A stretch of 63,894 nt of DNA, filler included, from an uncultured bacterium (GTDB lineage Bacteria; CAYJRR01): assembly GCA_964372275.1 (NCBI GenBank). It is 4 parts of 4 records of this genome, joined end to end, with 100 filler letters (N's around TTAATTAATTAA, not from the genome) between each part and the next. Parts side by side here need not be neighbours in the genome. Positions count along the whole stretch, not along the records: positions 19,902 to 39,649 come from CAYJRR010000086.1; 3 more parts are not named here. One strand, written 5' to 3'. Below are positions 27,974 to 36,951 of this stretch, piece after piece; the stretch's first letter is position 1; each line of letters starts with the position of its first letter. A model generated the notes under the pieces. That model did not search any database and was not told where the DNA came from. It worked only from the letters and a program-made list of their open reading frames with translations. Both the position numbers and the translations under genes were made by a program.

Positions 27974-29845
27974 ATGAGATCGACTGTTCGCGCCGCATCG
28001 ATCGTGCTCGGGCTCGCCGCCGCGAGCTGCTCGTCCGACGAAGAGGGGTCGATCGGACCGACCGGGATCGGCATCGACCTGCTCGAGCCGGAGGATCAGA
28101 GCTACACCAACGGCACCGTCACCGTTCGCGCCGTGACCTACGGACTCTCCCCCGACCTGCCGGTGCACATCCTGGTGAACGACGCGGTGGTGATGACGCT
28201 CGACGCCGCGCCCTACGTCTACCAGTGGGACACAAGCGGCAGCGTCGAGGGTCCGCAGCAGATCAAGGCCCGGGTCACCTCCGACGAAGTCCTGTACGAG
28301 AGCCGGAAGATCTACGTCCGCGTCGATCGAACGCCGCCCGTGGTCAGCTCCCGAACTCCGGCCACGGGGGCGATCAACGTTCCGGTGACCGATCCGATCC
28401 GGATCGACTTCAGCGAACCGATCGATCCCGCCACCGTCACCCAGGAGTCGGTCCGCTTGACCGGCGCGAGCTCGGCCGAGATCGCCAAGACGCTGTCGAT
28501 CGGCGACGACGGCACGTCGGTGACGATCGCGCCGATCGGCGAGATGGCGCTGCCGCTTACCGCCCGCATCGAGCTGACCGGCGACATCGCCGACCTCGCC
28601 GGAAACCGACTCGCGGCCGAGAGCGACTGGACCTTCTCGGTTCCGGCGTGGTTGCCGATCGGCGGGCGGGTCAACCTTCCGACGCGGAACCTGGTGAACA
28701 CCTCGGCCGCGCCGGTGGCGGTGGTCGGCTCGAGCGGGCAGCTGGTCGTCGCCGCCGTCGAGGCGGTCGGAGCCAACCCGGCTGACGTCTACGTCTACAA
28801 GTGGAACGGGACGCAGTGGTCACCGCTCGGAACGGCCTTGAACACCCTTTCCGGCGCCGCCTCCAATCCGGCGATCGCGGTGAGCACGAGCGGAAATCCG
28901 GTCGTGACTTGGACCGAAACCAACGGAACGACCGCGCAGATCTTCCTGCAGCAGTGGAACGGAGCCGCTTGGGTCGGGATCGGGTCGGCGAACGGCGTTC
29001 TCGACGGAAATGCCACCGCCTCCACCCAGGCCGACTTTCCGACACTCGCGCTCGACCCGGCGACGGCGGCTCCGATCGTCGCCTGGCAGGAGCAGCAGGC
29101 GGCGAACAACACCGCGTCGCCCGACATCTTCGTCCGGAAGTGGAACGCGACGTCGTCGTTCTTCGAAACTCCCGGGGGCGGCGTTCTGTCGGGCGTCGGC
29201 GCGGTGGCCAGCAACACCAGCGCGGCGACACGACCGTTCCTCCGGCCGGCGCCGAACGGGACCTTCTCCCTGATCTGGCAGGAGACGGCGCAGGCGAACG
29301 GAAACACCAGCGACGGCTTCATCCGGCGATGGAACGGAACGGCGTTCGAATCGCCGTTTCCGACGCAGAGCTCGGTGGGGGCCACCGGCGCCACGAACGC
29401 GACGAGCCTGGTCTCGCCGACCCTTTGGCCCGACACACTCGGAAACCCGGTCGTCGCATGGGAGGAGGAGGCCACCCAGGGGGGCCTTCGCGACATCTAC
29501 GTCCGGCGGTGGACCGGAACGGCGTTCGTCACGATGGGGAGTGCGCTGCAAGAGCAGACCGGGACGACGACCGCGACCGGCGCGCGGATCGTCCTGGACG
29601 GATCGGCCAATCCGGTCGTCGCTTGGCTGGAGGGGGACGGCTCGGTGTCGGATATTTTCGTTCGACGGTGGAACGGCACGAACTGGTCGGCGAGTCAGGC
29701 GATCGTTCCGCCGTCGGACAACGGCATTCTCAGCTTCCAGCCCTATCTGGCGCTCGACTCGAGGAAGGTCCCCTACCTCAGCTTCATCGAGCAGGACCCG
29801 GTCGGAGGAAAGTTCAGCGTTTACGTCCTGCGAATGAATCGCTGA
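27974..29845 (+). CDS. Ig-like domain lipoprotein with xWNG..W / PVVAWxE propeller-like repeats
   Basis: GGAGAGG RBS, lipobox AAASC, VDRTPPVV...FSEPIDPATV...DLAGN, about five repeat blades. Confidence 0.9.
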   Translation: MRSTVRAASIVLGLAAASCSSDEEGSIGPTGIGIDLLEPEDQSYTNGTVTVRAVTYGLSPDLPVHILVNDAVVMTLDAAPYVYQWDTSGSVEGPQQIKARVTSDEVLYESRKIYVRVDRTPPVVSSRTPATGAINVPVTDPIRIDFSEPIDPATVTQESVRLTGASSAEIAKTLSIGDDGTSVTIAPIGEMALPLTARIELTGDIADLAGNRLAAESDWTFSVPAWLPIGGRVNLPTRNLVNTSAAPVAVVGSSGQLVVAAVEAVGANPADVYVYKWNGTQWSPLGTALNTLSGAASNPAIAVSTSGNPVVTWTETNGTTAQIFLQQWNGAAWVGIGSANGVLDGNATASTQADFPTLALDPATAAPIVAWQEQQAANNTASPDIFVRKWNATSSFFETPGGGVLSGVGAVASNTSAATRPFLRPAPNGTFSLIWQETAQANGNTSDGFIRRWNGTAFESPFPTQSSVGATGATNATSLVSPTLWPDTLGNPVVAWEEEATQGGLRDIYVRRWTGTAFVTMGSALQEQTGTTTATGARIVLDGSANPVVAWLEGDGSVSDIFVRRWNGTNWSASQAIVPPSDNGILSFQPYLALDSRKVPYLSFIEQDPVGGKFSVYVLRMNR

Positions 29846-29865
29846 GAGAGCCCGGATATGAATGC

Positions 29866-30392
29866 CTATTCGAATCGGGTCATGTAGAGATTCTGTTGTC
29901 CGGCCTCGTTGCCTCCAATTACGCCAGCCGCTTGACCAAGCTGATGGCTGAATAGCCATGCGGCGCTGGCGCCTTCGCTGCTTTGGTAGCCTTCATCGAG
30001 TCGCCGGTGCGGTCGAGCAGGTCGAGGGTGAGGGTGACGGAGATCTCGTCGTAGAGGGAGAAGCGTGGGTCGGGCGTGAAGGTCAGGACGGCGCCGCTCG
30101 AGACGACGGTTCCGGGTACGGGCGTCTCGCCGGAGCGGACGAGGAAGCTCGATTCGTCGACGGACGCCGGATCGATCGTTTCGGAGAAGGTGACGACGAT
30201 CGGTTGCTCGACGTCGACGCCGGCGGCATCGGCGGCGGGGATCGTCGAGAGGACACGCGGGCGGACGACGACACGGACCCCTTTCACGTAGTCGTCGCAG
30301 GCGGTCAGCGCGAGGGCGGCCAGCACGGGCGCGCCGAGTCGGTCCGTCGATCGCCTCCTCGTCGGGGTTCGCTCCACCGATCGGCACTCCAT
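29866..30392 (-). pseudogene. Truncated or internally deleted Ig-domain lipoprotein
   Basis: Lipobox ALTAC and one Big_5 domain (FSETIDPASV), then an abrupt compositional change near 29990; another frame ends ...NLYMTRFE*. Confidence 0.5.
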
Positions 30393-30531
30393 TCCCGTCC
30401 CACCGGCCGGTCCACGGACGACCGGCGGACCGTCCCGGCGGGTCGGCGCCTCAAATCTCAACGGAGACGGGCAGATACACTATGATGTGGGGGCCGCCGC
30501 GGGTCGGCGGGTGCGCGGCGTCACCGTCGCC

Positions 30532-30558
30532 TTTCCGTGGCGGCGGCGCGGCGGGTCT
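30532..30558 (+). promoter_or_regulatory. Candidate ECF sigma autoregulatory promoter
   Basis: TTTCCG-N11-CGGCGGGTCT; same motif and spacing at 33473-33499. Confidence 0.5.
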
Positions 30559-30575
30559 AGTTCGGCAGGGATGGG

Positions 30576-31061
30576 ATGGAGCTCCCCTCGATCGAGGAGC
30601 TGTACCAGCGATACGGCGCCTTGGTGCGCCGGCGGGCGCGCGCCATCTTGGGGGAGGAGCAGGCGGCGCTCGACGCGATGCAGGAGGTCTTCGTGAGGGC
30701 GATGCGCGAGCGCGACGGATTTCGGGGGGAGGCCTCGCCGGTGACCTGGCTTTACCGGATCACCACCAACCTCTGCCTGAACCGCGTGCGCGACCATGCG
30801 CGGCGCCGGGAGCTGATGGAGGCGCAGGGGCCGCCGCCGGCAGGAGCGCCGGCCGACTCCGAGGACAAGGCGATCCTGGCTTCGGTCCTCGCCCGCGTGC
30901 CGGAGGAGCTGCGCGAGATCGCCGTCTACTACTACGTCGACGAGATGAACCAGGACGAGATCGCCGAGCTCACGGGATTGGGCCGCCGGACGGTCGGGAA
31001 CCGGCTCGAGGAGTTCCGCGCCAAGGCGCGCGCCGCGGCGGGCGGAGGGGAGGCGGCATGA
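30576..31061 (+). CDS. ECF RNA polymerase sigma-70 factor
   Basis: ALDAMQEVF...TWLYRITTNLCLN (region 2) and MNQDEIAELTGLGRRTV (region 4). Confidence 0.93.
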   Translation: MELPSIEELYQRYGALVRRRARAILGEEQAALDAMQEVFVRAMRERDGFRGEASPVTWLYRITTNLCLNRVRDHARRRELMEAQGPPPAGAPADSEDKAILASVLARVPEELREIAVYYYVDEMNQDEIAELTGLGRRTVGNRLEEFRAKARAAAGGGEAA

Positions 31062-31819
31062 TCGACCTGGACCGCCGCGAGCCGCACGCCGGGTGTCCGT
31101 CCAATCTCCGGCTCGACCGCCTGCTGGCCGGGGAGCTTGCGGCGGAACCCGAGCGCGAGCTTCGCGCGCACCTCGCCGCCTGCGCGCGATGCGCGGCGCG
31201 GTTCGCCGCGATCGAGGAGGAGGCCCGTGCCTTCCCGCGCGAGGTCTGGATCCAGGGCGAGGCGGCGAAGGCGAGACGCGCGCTCCGCGCCGGCCGCGGT
31301 CACTGGGGGACGATCGCCGCCTCGCTGTCGGCCGCCGCCGCGGCGGTGGCGCTCTTCCACCTGGCGCCGCTTCCGCATCCGCACCCGGCGGGCGTCCGAT
31401 CGAAGGGGGGAGAGGCGCTCGATCTGGTGGTGCGCCACCGCGACGGATCGGTCGAGGAGACCTCCGGCGACGGACGGCTCCTTCCCGGGGATGCGGTCCG
31501 CTTTCGCCTGTCGCTGGCGACCGGGGGAACGGTGGCGGTGCTGGGCCTCGACGCCGCCGGCCTGGTTACCGCCTACGTCGAGCCGGTCGCCGTGCCGGCC
31601 GGCCGGACGGTGATCGAGGGGAGCGTCGTGCTCGACGAAACGCCGGGTGCGGAACGGTTCGTGGCGGTGATCTGCGCCGCGGCGCCGTCGGCGGAGACCC
31701 TCGTCGCGCGAGGGCGGGCGGCGCTGGAGGCGGCGGCGGGGGATCCGCGCCGGGTGGGTGACCTCGGCATCAAGGGGTGCCGGCAGGTGTCGGCCGTCGT
31801 CGAGAAGGAGGCGCCGTGA
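31058..31819 (+). CDS. Zinc-finger (HxxxCxxC) membrane anti-sigma factor with DUF4384-like periplasmic domain
   Basis: ATGA overlap with sigma; HLAACARC, TM helix, VRSKGG, PGDAVRF, SVVLDETPGAE. Confidence 0.85.
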   Translation: MIDLDRREPHAGCPSNLRLDRLLAGELAAEPERELRAHLAACARCAARFAAIEEEARAFPREVWIQGEAAKARRALRAGRGHWGTIAASLSAAAAAVALFHLAPLPHPHPAGVRSKGGEALDLVVRHRDGSVEETSGDGRLLPGDAVRFRLSLATGGTVAVLGLDAAGLVTAYVEPVAVPAGRTVIEGSVVLDETPGAERFVAVICAAAPSAETLVARGRAALEAAAGDPRRVGDLGIKGCRQVSAVVEKEAP

Positions 31820-33408
31820 ACGTCGGGCGCCGACGGTGGACGCCGACCCGGACGCTCGTCGGCGTCTTGGTTCTCGTCGCAGCGATCCTGCTCGTGTCGT
31901 CCTCCGCCGACGCGGCGGTTCGCCGCTATGCCCTGGTCGTCGGCGCCAACGTGGGCGATGCCGGGGAGGTGGAGCTCCGCTACGCGGAGAGCGATGCCAA
32001 GAGGATCGGAAAGATTCTGCGGGAGATGGGGGGCTTCCCGCCGGAGAACGTGCTGTTCCTCGACGGGGCGACCTCCGACGACGTGCGGCGGACGTTGATC
32101 ACCATCAACTCGCGCGTGCGCGAGACGAGCGGCGATTCGATGCTGTTCGTCTTCTACTCGGGACATGCCGACAGCGAGTCGCTCCACCTGCGCGGCACGC
32201 GCCTGCCGATGGACGAGCTGAAGGGGCTGGTCGACGGTTCGCCCGCCACGGCCCGCGTGCTGGTGATAGACGCCTGCCGCTCGGGCAGCGTGACGCGGGT
32301 GAAGGGGGGGAAGAAGGGACCGAGCTTCGCCATCGACGTCGACGAGCGCCTGACGGCGAAGGGGGTGGCGATCCTCACCTCGAGCGCGGCGGGGGAGGAT
32401 TCGCAGGAGTCCGACCAGCTCGCCGCGAGCTTCTTCACCCACTACCTCGCCTCCGGCCTGATCGGCGCCGCCGACCGGGACGGCGACGGGCAGGTGACGC
32501 TGTCGGAGGCGTTCACCTACGCCTCCGAGCGGACGCTGATCGCGACCGCCGGCACCATCGCCGGTCCCCAGCATCCGACCTACCGCTTCGACCTGGGCGG
32601 TCAAGGGGACCTGGTGCTGACCGCGCCACGGCAGCGAACGGTCGGGTTCGGCGAGCTCACCTTTCCGGCGGCGGGGAACTACATCGTGCAGCGGTCGAGC
32701 GGCTCCGGCCCGGTGGTCGCGGAGGTGGCGGCCGAAAATGGCGGGCGGCGGCTGGCGGTGGCGGCGGGGAACTACCACGTGACGCGTCGCGAGACCGACC
32801 ACCTGCTCGAAGGGCGCTTCGCCGTCGCCGACGGCGGGACGACGCCGGTGGCGCGGGAACGGATGACGCCGATCGCCTACGCCCAGGTGGTGCGGAAAGG
32901 GGGGACCTCCCGCACGCGGGTGGTGAGCGCCTACGTCGCCGCCGGGCGGCGAGGTCCGGTGCTCGAGTTCGAACCGGCCCCGCATCGCGACCTCGGCGTG
33001 CGCGTCGACTTCAAGCCGCTGTCGCTCGACCTCCGGCTGACGGCGCTCGACGTCGAGCTTCCGGAGCGGCAGGACGTTCCGACGGTCGGCTTCGAGGAGC
33101 GGGCGTTGAGCGTGGCGGCGGTGCGCTCGATCGACCTCGGTCCGTCGTCGGTGGGGTTCGGCCTGGAGACGGGGGTGTTCCGCATGGAGCGCATGCACCC
33201 GCTGCTCGACGGGACCCGGCCGGAGATCACCGGCTTCTTCTACGGACCGGTGCTGCAGGCGGAAGTGCCGGTCTGGCGGCGGCTCCATGTCCGCCTCGAC
33301 GGAGGGCTGCTCGCCCATTCACTCAAGCCCCCCCGGACCGAGGAGGAGAACCGGTTCGTGACGACCGTCACGTATCGGATCTCGGCCGGTCTGGGCCTCT
33401 ACTTCTAA
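31816..33408 (+). CDS. Secreted caspase-family (C14) protease with barrel-like C-terminus
   Basis: GTGA overlap; signal peptide; RYALVVGAN, LRYAESDA, FYSGHA and IDACRSG dyad, SFFTHYL, DRDGDGQVT; ends AGLGLYF. Confidence 0.9.
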   Translation: MNVGRRRWTPTRTLVGVLVLVAAILLVSSSADAAVRRYALVVGANVGDAGEVELRYAESDAKRIGKILREMGGFPPENVLFLDGATSDDVRRTLITINSRVRETSGDSMLFVFYSGHADSESLHLRGTRLPMDELKGLVDGSPATARVLVIDACRSGSVTRVKGGKKGPSFAIDVDERLTAKGVAILTSSAAGEDSQESDQLAASFFTHYLASGLIGAADRDGDGQVTLSEAFTYASERTLIATAGTIAGPQHPTYRFDLGGQGDLVLTAPRQRTVGFGELTFPAAGNYIVQRSSGSGPVVAEVAAENGGRRLAVAAGNYHVTRRETDHLLEGRFAVADGGTTPVARERMTPIAYAQVVRKGGTSRTRVVSAYVAAGRRGPVLEFEPAPHRDLGVRVDFKPLSLDLRLTALDVELPERQDVPTVGFEERALSVAAVRSIDLGPSSVGFGLETGVFRMERMHPLLDGTRPEITGFFYGPVLQAEVPVWRRLHVRLDGGLLAHSLKPPRTEEENRFVTTVTYRISAGLGLYF

Positions 33409-33472
33409 GCGAATCGCGGTGCCTTCGAGGCGGTGTGGTTGCCGTCGGAGCCGAAGAAAAATCTCGCCCCGA

Positions 33473-33499
33473 TTGCCGCCGATCCGGTCCGGCGGGTCT
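33473..33499 (+). promoter_or_regulatory. Candidate ECF promoter of the downstream lipoprotein
   Basis: TTGCCG-N11-CGGCGGGTCT preceded by an A-tract (GAAGAAAAAT). Confidence 0.5.
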
Positions 33500-33534
33500 G
33501 TCCGGTTGAGGCATACGGACAAAGGAGATCGAAC

Positions 33535-34452
33535 ATGAAGACGAAGATCCTGACGGCGGTAGGGGCGATCACGGTGGTCGGATGTCAGCCGGCCGACGAG
33601 GCGGGAAGCACCGACGAGGCGGCGGCGGCGCAGGAGGTCTCGGAGGCGATCGAGTCGTCGATCGAGTCGTCCGAAGCGGCCGACGGCGCGATGCCGGTCG
33701 GAGGGTGGGAGGGACCCGTCTTCATCGGCGGCGTGGAGGGGACGGTCACCGTCCTGGAGACCGCGATCGCGTGCGATCACGAGTACCCGTCCCGGCTGTC
33801 GATCGTCTGGGCCGGGGAACGCGACGGCGCGACCCTTTCCGGCAGCGCCGACGTGACCCGCACCTTGACCCCCGACGCCTGCCCGCCGACCTCGGTCGAC
33901 GGCGTCGAGGAGATCGTCTTCGTGCGCGATCGGGCGCGCGGCGAGCGGGCCGAGCGCATCGACGGGACGGCGGAGCTCCGCTGGACGGCGGACTTCGAAG
34001 AGCGGGCCGCGCGCAAGGACGTCGAGGTCGCCCTCACCCGGAAGGTCACCGAGGGGGACGTGACGATCCGCGATCAGTCTCTGTCGGGTGAGAAGTCGGT
34101 CGAGCTTGCCGCCAACGGCGACGGTCCGGAGGACGACACCCGCCTGGTGAACGGCGAGCTGACCCTCGACCTCAACCTGGCCCGGATCCGTCTCGAGATC
34201 GCCGCGCAGGACCTGCTGTTCCGCCGCGACTGCTGCCACCCGGTCTCGGGCCGGATCGACTTCCAGCGGTTCGCGATCGACAACCCCGAGGAGTCGGAGA
34301 GCCGCGCGGTGCGATTCGGTCCGTCCTGCGGCGAGGCCTACAACGCGCACGACGAGGCGATCGACTTGCGGGAGTGCCCGGTGCGGGACGCCGAGCACGA
34401 CGGTGAGCACGACGGCGAGCACGACGGCGACCAGGGCGGCGACGCGGAGTAA
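33535..34452 (+). CDS. Acidic lipoprotein of unknown function with EHDG tail repeats
   Basis: AAAGGAG RBS, lipobox VVGC, DCCHPVSG and FGPSCG Cys motifs, 3 x 12-bp repeat at 34393-34428. Confidence 0.85.
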   Translation: MKTKILTAVGAITVVGCQPADEAGSTDEAAAAQEVSEAIESSIESSEAADGAMPVGGWEGPVFIGGVEGTVTVLETAIACDHEYPSRLSIVWAGERDGATLSGSADVTRTLTPDACPPTSVDGVEEIVFVRDRARGERAERIDGTAELRWTADFEERAARKDVEVALTRKVTEGDVTIRDQSLSGEKSVELAANGDGPEDDTRLVNGELTLDLNLARIRLEIAAQDLLFRRDCCHPVSGRIDFQRFAIDNPEESESRAVRFGPSCGEAYNAHDEAIDLRECPVRDAEHDGEHDGEHDGDQGGDAE

Positions 34453-34480
34453 CCGGCGACGTGTAGAGATCGATGGATGG

Positions 34481-34510
34481 AGGCGGCGGGGCTTTCGAGC
34501 TCCGCCGCCT
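34481..34510. terminator. GC-rich hairpin between convergent genes
   Basis: AGGCGGCGGGGCT-TTCG-AGCTCCGCCGCCT; no U-tract. Confidence 0.55.
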
Positions 34511-34526
34511 TGCGTCCGTTATCGGT

Positions 34527-36686
34527 TCAGCGTCCGGTGACGGGCACCAGCGCCGTTGACCAGCCGGGATACTCCACCAGCGGGTGGTCGTCGGTGACGA
34601 CCCATCCCGTGGGCTCCTCGGCATGACGCGCGTCGAGGCGCCGGAAGAGCGTCCGTCCGCCGGATGCGGCGGCCGCGGCGTCGTAGGCGGCCATCTCCAG
34701 CCCCAGTAGATCGCCCGCGGCGATGCGCGTGCGGAACGACTCTTCGGTGGCGACGATCGGCTCGTCGGAGCAGACGATCGCGTAGCCGTCGTCGAAGGTG
34801 ACGCAGTCGCGGAAGACCGACGCCGCCGTCTCCCGGACGATCCGGGACTGGGCGGGGTTTCCGAGCGAGTTGGAGTAGATCGCGAAGACCCCCCCTTGTC
34901 GGAGGCGGCGCTGCACCAGCCGGAAGTACTCCCGCGAAAGCAGGACGCTCGACCCCGCCTGCTTGAGGTAGAGCGGCTGCTGGGTGATGAGGTCGTACCG
35001 CTCCGGCCGGAGCGCGAGTCCCGAGCGGCCGTCCTGCCAGAGGAGCCGAACGCGCGGGTTGCGCGCGATCTCCAGCGTGCCCATGGGGAAGGCGTGGAGG
35101 ATCTCCTCGAGCCCGCGATTGATGTCGTAGCCGTCGACCCGCCGCACCGTGCCGACCTTCGCCAAGGTCCCGACGGTGATCCCGGCGCCGACCCCCACGA
35201 CCAGCGCCTCCTCGATCGGCTCCGGGTGGACCAGCACCGGCGCGACCGCCATCAGCCAGTTCGCCGAACCGACGTGGCTCGTTCCGTCGGAGAGACTGGA
35301 GTGCCAGAGCCCGTCCCAGACCAGACTGCCCGTCCGGTCGACCTCGACCACGCCGTCGCGGTCGTAGACGGCGGTCTCGATGGCGCCGCCCGACGGACCC
35401 GGCCGCGCGGCTCCGTGGAGGCCGACCGCCGCGACGCCGGCGATCGAGACCGGGCGGGCGATGCGTCGGATGCGGCCCTCCTCGTGCAGGTAGACCGCCA
35501 GCACGCCCGCCGCGAGCGTCAGCGAAAGCGCCTCGGGCGACATCTCGTACCCGACCAGCGTGCCCAGCAGGATCCCGGCGCAGGATCCCGCGGTGTTCCA
35601 GGCCCCGAACCGCCCGACGTCGCTCCCCCACCGCCGGGCGTTGCGGGAGACGAGACCGCCGTAGGCCAGCCCGAACCCGATCACCGGGAGGCTCGCGACG
35701 ACGGTCGCGGCGGCGAGCGGAAGGTGGAGCGACCAGCGGTCGAGGTGCAGGATCGGTGGCATTGCCGCGACGAGCACCGCGGTGGCGAGGATCGCCGGCG
35801 CGATCGCCGTCCCGGGCAGACGCGCGGCGAGGAACGCCCCCAGCGACCAGGCCGTCAGGAAGCCGCCGAGCACCGCCGCGAAGGTGTAGGGCAGCGGCTC
35901 GTGCGCGAGCGCCATCGCCCGGAACAGGTACATCTCGTATCCGAGGGAGAGCAGACCCATGAACAGACCGAGAACGTCCTCCCGGGTCGGTCGCAGGTGG
36001 GACGGGCGCGCCGGCGAGGCGGGATCGGGAGCCGGAGCGGGGGCGGCACCCGTGACGGCGGCGGCGAGCGCGAACAGCAGTGCCCCGGCGGCGCCGTTGA
36101 GCGACGCGGCGGTGAGGATCGCCGCGCTCTGACCGAAGCGCGGGAGCAGCAGGAAGCCGCTGGCGAGCGCGCCGAGCACGGCCCCCGACGTGTTCACGTA
36201 CAGGAGCACGTTGACCAGGGACGACCGATCGTGGCCGAGTTGCCGCTGGCACGCCTCCGACGCCAGCGGGATCGTGACCCCCATCAGGAAGCAGGGGACG
36301 CCGAGCACGATCACCGCCCCCGCCGCGTAGAGCGCGCGCAGCGGGACCCCCAACCCGAGCGCCGCCCGCTGCGCGGCGTAGACCGATTCGGAGAGGTCGG
36401 TCGACAGGAGCGTGGCGACGCCGAGGTTCGCGAGACAAAGCGCGACCTCGACCCAGGCGAGCCGCCGCAGCGGGTTCGCCAGCGCCTCCGCCTTCGAGGC
36501 GAAGGCGCCGGAGCCGACGCCGAGCCCGAGCATGAAGACCAGGACCACCGTCATCGAGCTCAACGCCTCGCTCCCGCCGAGAAAGATCTTCAGGCCGCGC
36601 TGCCAGGCGACCTGGTTGACGAGCCCGGCGAAGCCGGAGAGCAGGAGCGCGCCGAGGAGTGCCGCGAGCGTGCGTCGACGCGTCAT
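34527..36686 (-). CDS. Fused membrane (MFS-like) / spermidine synthase-like protein
   Basis: LLLSGFAGLVNQVAW, LMGVTIP, NTSGAVLG, NTAGSCAG; LVVGVGAGIT, DGR...YDLI, LLSREYF. Confidence 0.9.
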   Translation of the reverse strand: MTRRRTLAALLGALLLSGFAGLVNQVAWQRGLKIFLGGSEALSSMTVVLVFMLGLGVGSGAFASKAEALANPLRRLAWVEVALCLANLGVATLLSTDLSESVYAAQRAALGLGVPLRALYAAGAVIVLGVPCFLMGVTIPLASEACQRQLGHDRSSLVNVLLYVNTSGAVLGALASGFLLLPRFGQSAAILTAASLNGAAGALLFALAAAVTGAAPAPAPDPASPARPSHLRPTREDVLGLFMGLLSLGYEMYLFRAMALAHEPLPYTFAAVLGGFLTAWSLGAFLAARLPGTAIAPAILATAVLVAAMPPILHLDRWSLHLPLAAATVVASLPVIGFGLAYGGLVSRNARRWGSDVGRFGAWNTAGSCAGILLGTLVGYEMSPEALSLTLAAGVLAVYLHEEGRIRRIARPVSIAGVAAVGLHGAARPGPSGGAIETAVYDRDGVVEVDRTGSLVWDGLWHSSLSDGTSHVGSANWLMAVAPVLVHPEPIEEALVVGVGAGITVGTLAKVGTVRRVDGYDINRGLEEILHAFPMGTLEIARNPRVRLLWQDGRSGLALRPERYDLITQQPLYLKQAGSSVLLSREYFRLVQRRLRQGGVFAIYSNSLGNPAQSRIVRETAASVFRDCVTFDDGYAIVCSDEPIVATEESFRTRIAAGDLLGLEMAAYDAAAAASGGRTLFRRLDARHAEEPTGWVVTDDHPLVEYPGWSTALVPVTGR

Positions 36687-36883
36687 CGGCCCCCGAGCAT
36701 ACCGTCGTCGGGGGCACCGCTGCGACCGNNNNNNNNNNNNNNNNNNNNNNNNNNNNNNNNNNNNNNNNNNNNNNNNNNNNNNNNNNNNNNNNNNNNNNNN
36801 NNNNNNNNNNNNNNNNNNNNNNNNNNNNGTCGACGCGTCATCGGCCCCCGAGCATACCGTCGTCGGGGGCACCGCTGCGACCG
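36674..36883. other. Scaffold gap flanked by an identical 55-bp sequence (assembly overlap artefact)
   Basis: 36674-36728 equals 36829-36883 on either side of 100 N. Confidence 0.9.
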
Positions 36884-36951
36884 GGCCGACGCGCCGGGGC
36901 GGCATCGACGCCGGCCGCGCACGTGCTAGCCTCCGGAGGGTCGAGGTGGCC

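Noticed and set aside
36674-36883. 55-bp direct repeat as target-site duplication or mobile-element end
   Set aside because: Exactly abuts a 100-N gap on both sides and matches a common assembler k-mer length; most likely the sequence is present once
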